A stretch of 63,691 nt of DNA, filler included, from Stramenopiles sp. TOSAG23-6 (taxonomy: Eukaryota): NCBI GenBank assembly GCA_900128565.1. It is 12 parts of 12 records of this genome, joined end to end, with 100 filler letters (N's around TTAATTAATTAA, not from the genome) between each part and the next. Parts side by side here need not be neighbours in the genome. Positions count along the whole stretch, not along the records: positions 60,269 to 61,344 come from LT639784.1; positions 61,445 to 62,518 come from LT639785.1; positions 62,619 to 63,691 come from LT639786.1; 9 more parts are not named here. One strand, 5' to 3'. This document shows positions 61,039 to 63,691 of the stretch, in pieces; position 1 is the stretch's first letter, and the number at the start of each line of letters is the position of its first letter. A model generated the notes under the pieces. That model ran no database searches. It saw only the letters and a program-made list of their open reading frames with translations, and was not told the DNA's origin. A program made the translations under genes and the position numbers.

Positions 61039-62673
61039 CGAGAGGATTTAGATTCAGTNNNNNNNNNNNNNNNNNNNNNNNNNNNNNNNNNNNNNNNACA
61101 ACTACTTCGCATTATTAACTAAACTTTAAGAATCCATGTAGTGACTATTTCAATAAGCAACGAATACACGGGGAAACAGTAGGTGGTACAGTAACAGGTA
61201 TATTATTTACTATTGTCAAACAGGTCTACGTATGAAAGGCCTTTCCTACTACTACGACTTGACTTGGCAGTTACAAAAACAAAAAGAAAATTCCCGAAAA
61301 AAATTTTAAAAAATTATATTTTTCGTTTTTTTTTGAAATATTTTNNNNNNNNNNNNNNNNNNNNNNNNNNNNNNNNNNNNNNNNNNNNTTAATTAATTAA
61401 NNNNNNNNNNNNNNNNNNNNNNNNNNNNNNNNNNNNNNNNNNNNTATATGTAAGAATCGTCGTTGCTGCTTCTACAGTGTCTACAACAACGTTATCAATG
61501 ACTGCGCACGCGTCCTCATTGTTAGTCACATTTTGTCGCCGAACTTCACTACATTTATTCAGTAACTGTATACAATGGAAAACATTGCGTGTATTAGTCA
61601 TAGTCCTCGCCTTTTTCACGTCTGTACGTATGACATCACTGGCACAGCGCTTCATTCTGATGATATAAAAAGCAAAAGAAGAAATACGAAAATAGCTTCT
61701 TGCGTATATAAGTGTGTACGTATATACGTAGAGTGCTCTTGGCTTGGTGTTGACAGAAAAGAGAGATATGATTTTGGTACAGAATTTACTACGAATTCTA
61801 GAGCGAGTATCGTCGAATATGCTGAATATATTTTTGTTTTCTGGTTTTCTTGGTTTTCTTGGATTTCTAATTTAAATTTCGCTACATTTTCAGATATTCA
61901 AAATCAAATCATCAAAAAACCAAAAAACTGTGCCCGCGCGTCTTTTTCACTTATTTGAGAGTGTAGACAAAAAACATGGATATTTATTCACAAAGTCTTT
62001 CGTATCAATGCTCTGATGTCTATATCTCTACATTTTTTTGTACAAGAAATCATTAAAGAATACTTTTTCTTTGTACAATACTGATTATTGTGTAGATAAA
62101 CATTGAAGTCCTTGAGAGAAGAATAATGTCGTTTGAAAGTTGAACGGCGTTGCCAATGACAATACTGAAGAATACGCCACGACGAAGTACGCGAAAACGA
62201 AATTCGTCTACTATGGTAGAAGCAAAGACCAATGTAAAAAAGAAACGGAAACTATCACAAGGAGCAAAGCAAACTCATTCTCGAGTATCTACGTTACGGC
62301 CACGTAAAAAACTAAAACAAGTTCAACAGAAAACAACAAAAAAGAAAACAACAATTAAAAAGAAAGCAACAATTAAAAAGAAGACAACAACAAAAAAGAA
62401 GACAACAACAAAAAAGAAGACAACAACAAAAAAGCAGACAACAAAAAAAACAAAAAAAACAAAAAAAACCAAAAAAAAAACAAAAAAAACAAAAAAAACA
62501 AAAAAAACAAAAAAGAAANNNNNNNNNNNNNNNNNNNNNNNNNNNNNNNNNNNNNNNNNNNNTTAATTAATTAANNNNNNNNNNNNNNNNNNNNNNNNNN
62601 NNNNNNNNNNNNNNNNNNGTACGAAATTTTGTACCTAACGATTTTAATTTTTGAAATATTTTTCATAATGAAT

Positions 62674-63062
62674 CAAAATGTTGTACAACATTTTGACAGT
62701 TCAAGGAATATTTTTATGGAAACTGCTCATCCTAAAACAGGCGTTAATTTCAATTCTCCTGACGGTAGGTTACACCTACCAGGTCATTCAATTGAAATTG
62801 CTTGGTTTTTAATGCAAATGTGTGACACACTGCGAGTTTCGAATAGTAATTCGAATAGTAATTCTGATATTAATTATACAGATTTGGAAGAAGTAGCTTT
62901 ATTAGCACTTGAAGGCTCACTAGAGATTGGTTGGGATAAAAAATATGGTGGACTCATCTATATGTTAGATGTTGAGAATAAGCCAATGGTTGATGCTACA
63001 GTTACAAAAGATGGAAAATTATGGTGGCCTCTCACAGAATCGATCATGTATTTGACTCTCTC
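62674..63062 (+). CDS. N-acylglucosamine 2-epimerase (AGE/RENBP family) internal exon
   Basis: GR...PGHSIE.AWFL, GWD..YGGL.Y..D and KLWWP.TE; 3' boundary uncertain. Confidence 0.85.
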
Positions 63063-63431
63063 ATACATCTTTTTTTTTTTTAATAGAAAATTTTGTACCT
63101 AACAAAAAATTTTCAAAAAAAAAAAATATTTCTTCACAATACAAAAGGAAATTAAGAAAAGAATTGATGCATGTACTACATCTGTAATGGTTGATTCTCA
63201 GTATATGGATTGGAAGAGTGCTTTGAAAGTCCCTCAGAGGGGAAGTTAATGTTTTTCATTTTTTTTTAATAAAATTCAAAAATTTATTTTTTTGTAAAAT
63301 TCAAAAATTTATTTTTTTGTAAATTTTTTTCATTTTTTTTTCAATTCAAATTCAAAAATTCATACATTTATTTTTTTTTGTATTACAAATTTTGTATTGT
63401 ATGTAGAATTTTTAAGCAAAATCTTACAATT

Positions 63432-63576
63432 TTAATTTTTTCCTCTATACAAAACAATTGGAAAATTTTCAGTAAGCATTACAGAGTTTTCAAGCAAAAT
63501 TACTAAATTAGCTTCAAATTCAATTTTAAAGTTTTCAGAAATCACCGATGGACATGTAAATAATCTTGGAAATACC
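63432..63576 (-). CDS. VPS26C: VPS26C/DSCR3 last exon
   Basis: VFPRLFTCP...NFKIEFE.N.V.LL.....TENFP matches the DSCR3 C-terminus; preceded by acceptor GATATAT|G. Confidence 0.8.
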
Positions 63577-63691
63577 ATATATCGTGAAAAAATATTTTTT
63601 TTTTTTTTTTTTTTTAAAAAAAAATTTTTTTCCTAACCTTTTTTTTTTTTTTTTTTTTTTTTTTCACATTACATTGCCTTAACTATGGCAT

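Overview
AT-rich eukaryotic nuclear DNA, probably from a protist; a stramenopile or other uncultured marine flagellate is plausible but is only an inference. The window is not one locus. It is 12 contigs joined by 100-nt N/TTAATTAATTAA/N linkers (eight of about 7.3 kb, then four of about 1.07 kb, in descending length), so adjacency across linkers is meaningless. Recognisable genes are CLPX, ABCF2-like, WBP11-like, STT3, ESF1, PLAA/DOA1, MAK16, FANCI, a TTL-family ligase, VPS10/sortilin, CLF1/CRNKL1 and zeta-COP. There are also fragments of myosin, transketolase, RECQL4, N-acylglucosamine 2-epimerase and VPS26C, a partial 5S rRNA and intronic snoRNAs. The main result is that almost all introns belong to one repeated ~90-110 nt family: exon-T|GTAYGTTTT...TTCGTACGAAATTTTGTACCTAAC...GAAATATTTTT..AATACAT|exon. 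Its 3' end is usually not AG. Of 38 complete introns placed by hand, 29 are GT-AT, 4 GT-AG, 3 GT-TT, 1 GT-GT and 1 AT-AC. Conserved protein motifs fix the boundaries in ClpX, ABCF, STT3, transketolase and an EF-hand. This looks like an introner-type expansion spliced by machinery that does not require the 3' AG. All splice calls come from DNA and reading frame only; there is no RNA evidence here.
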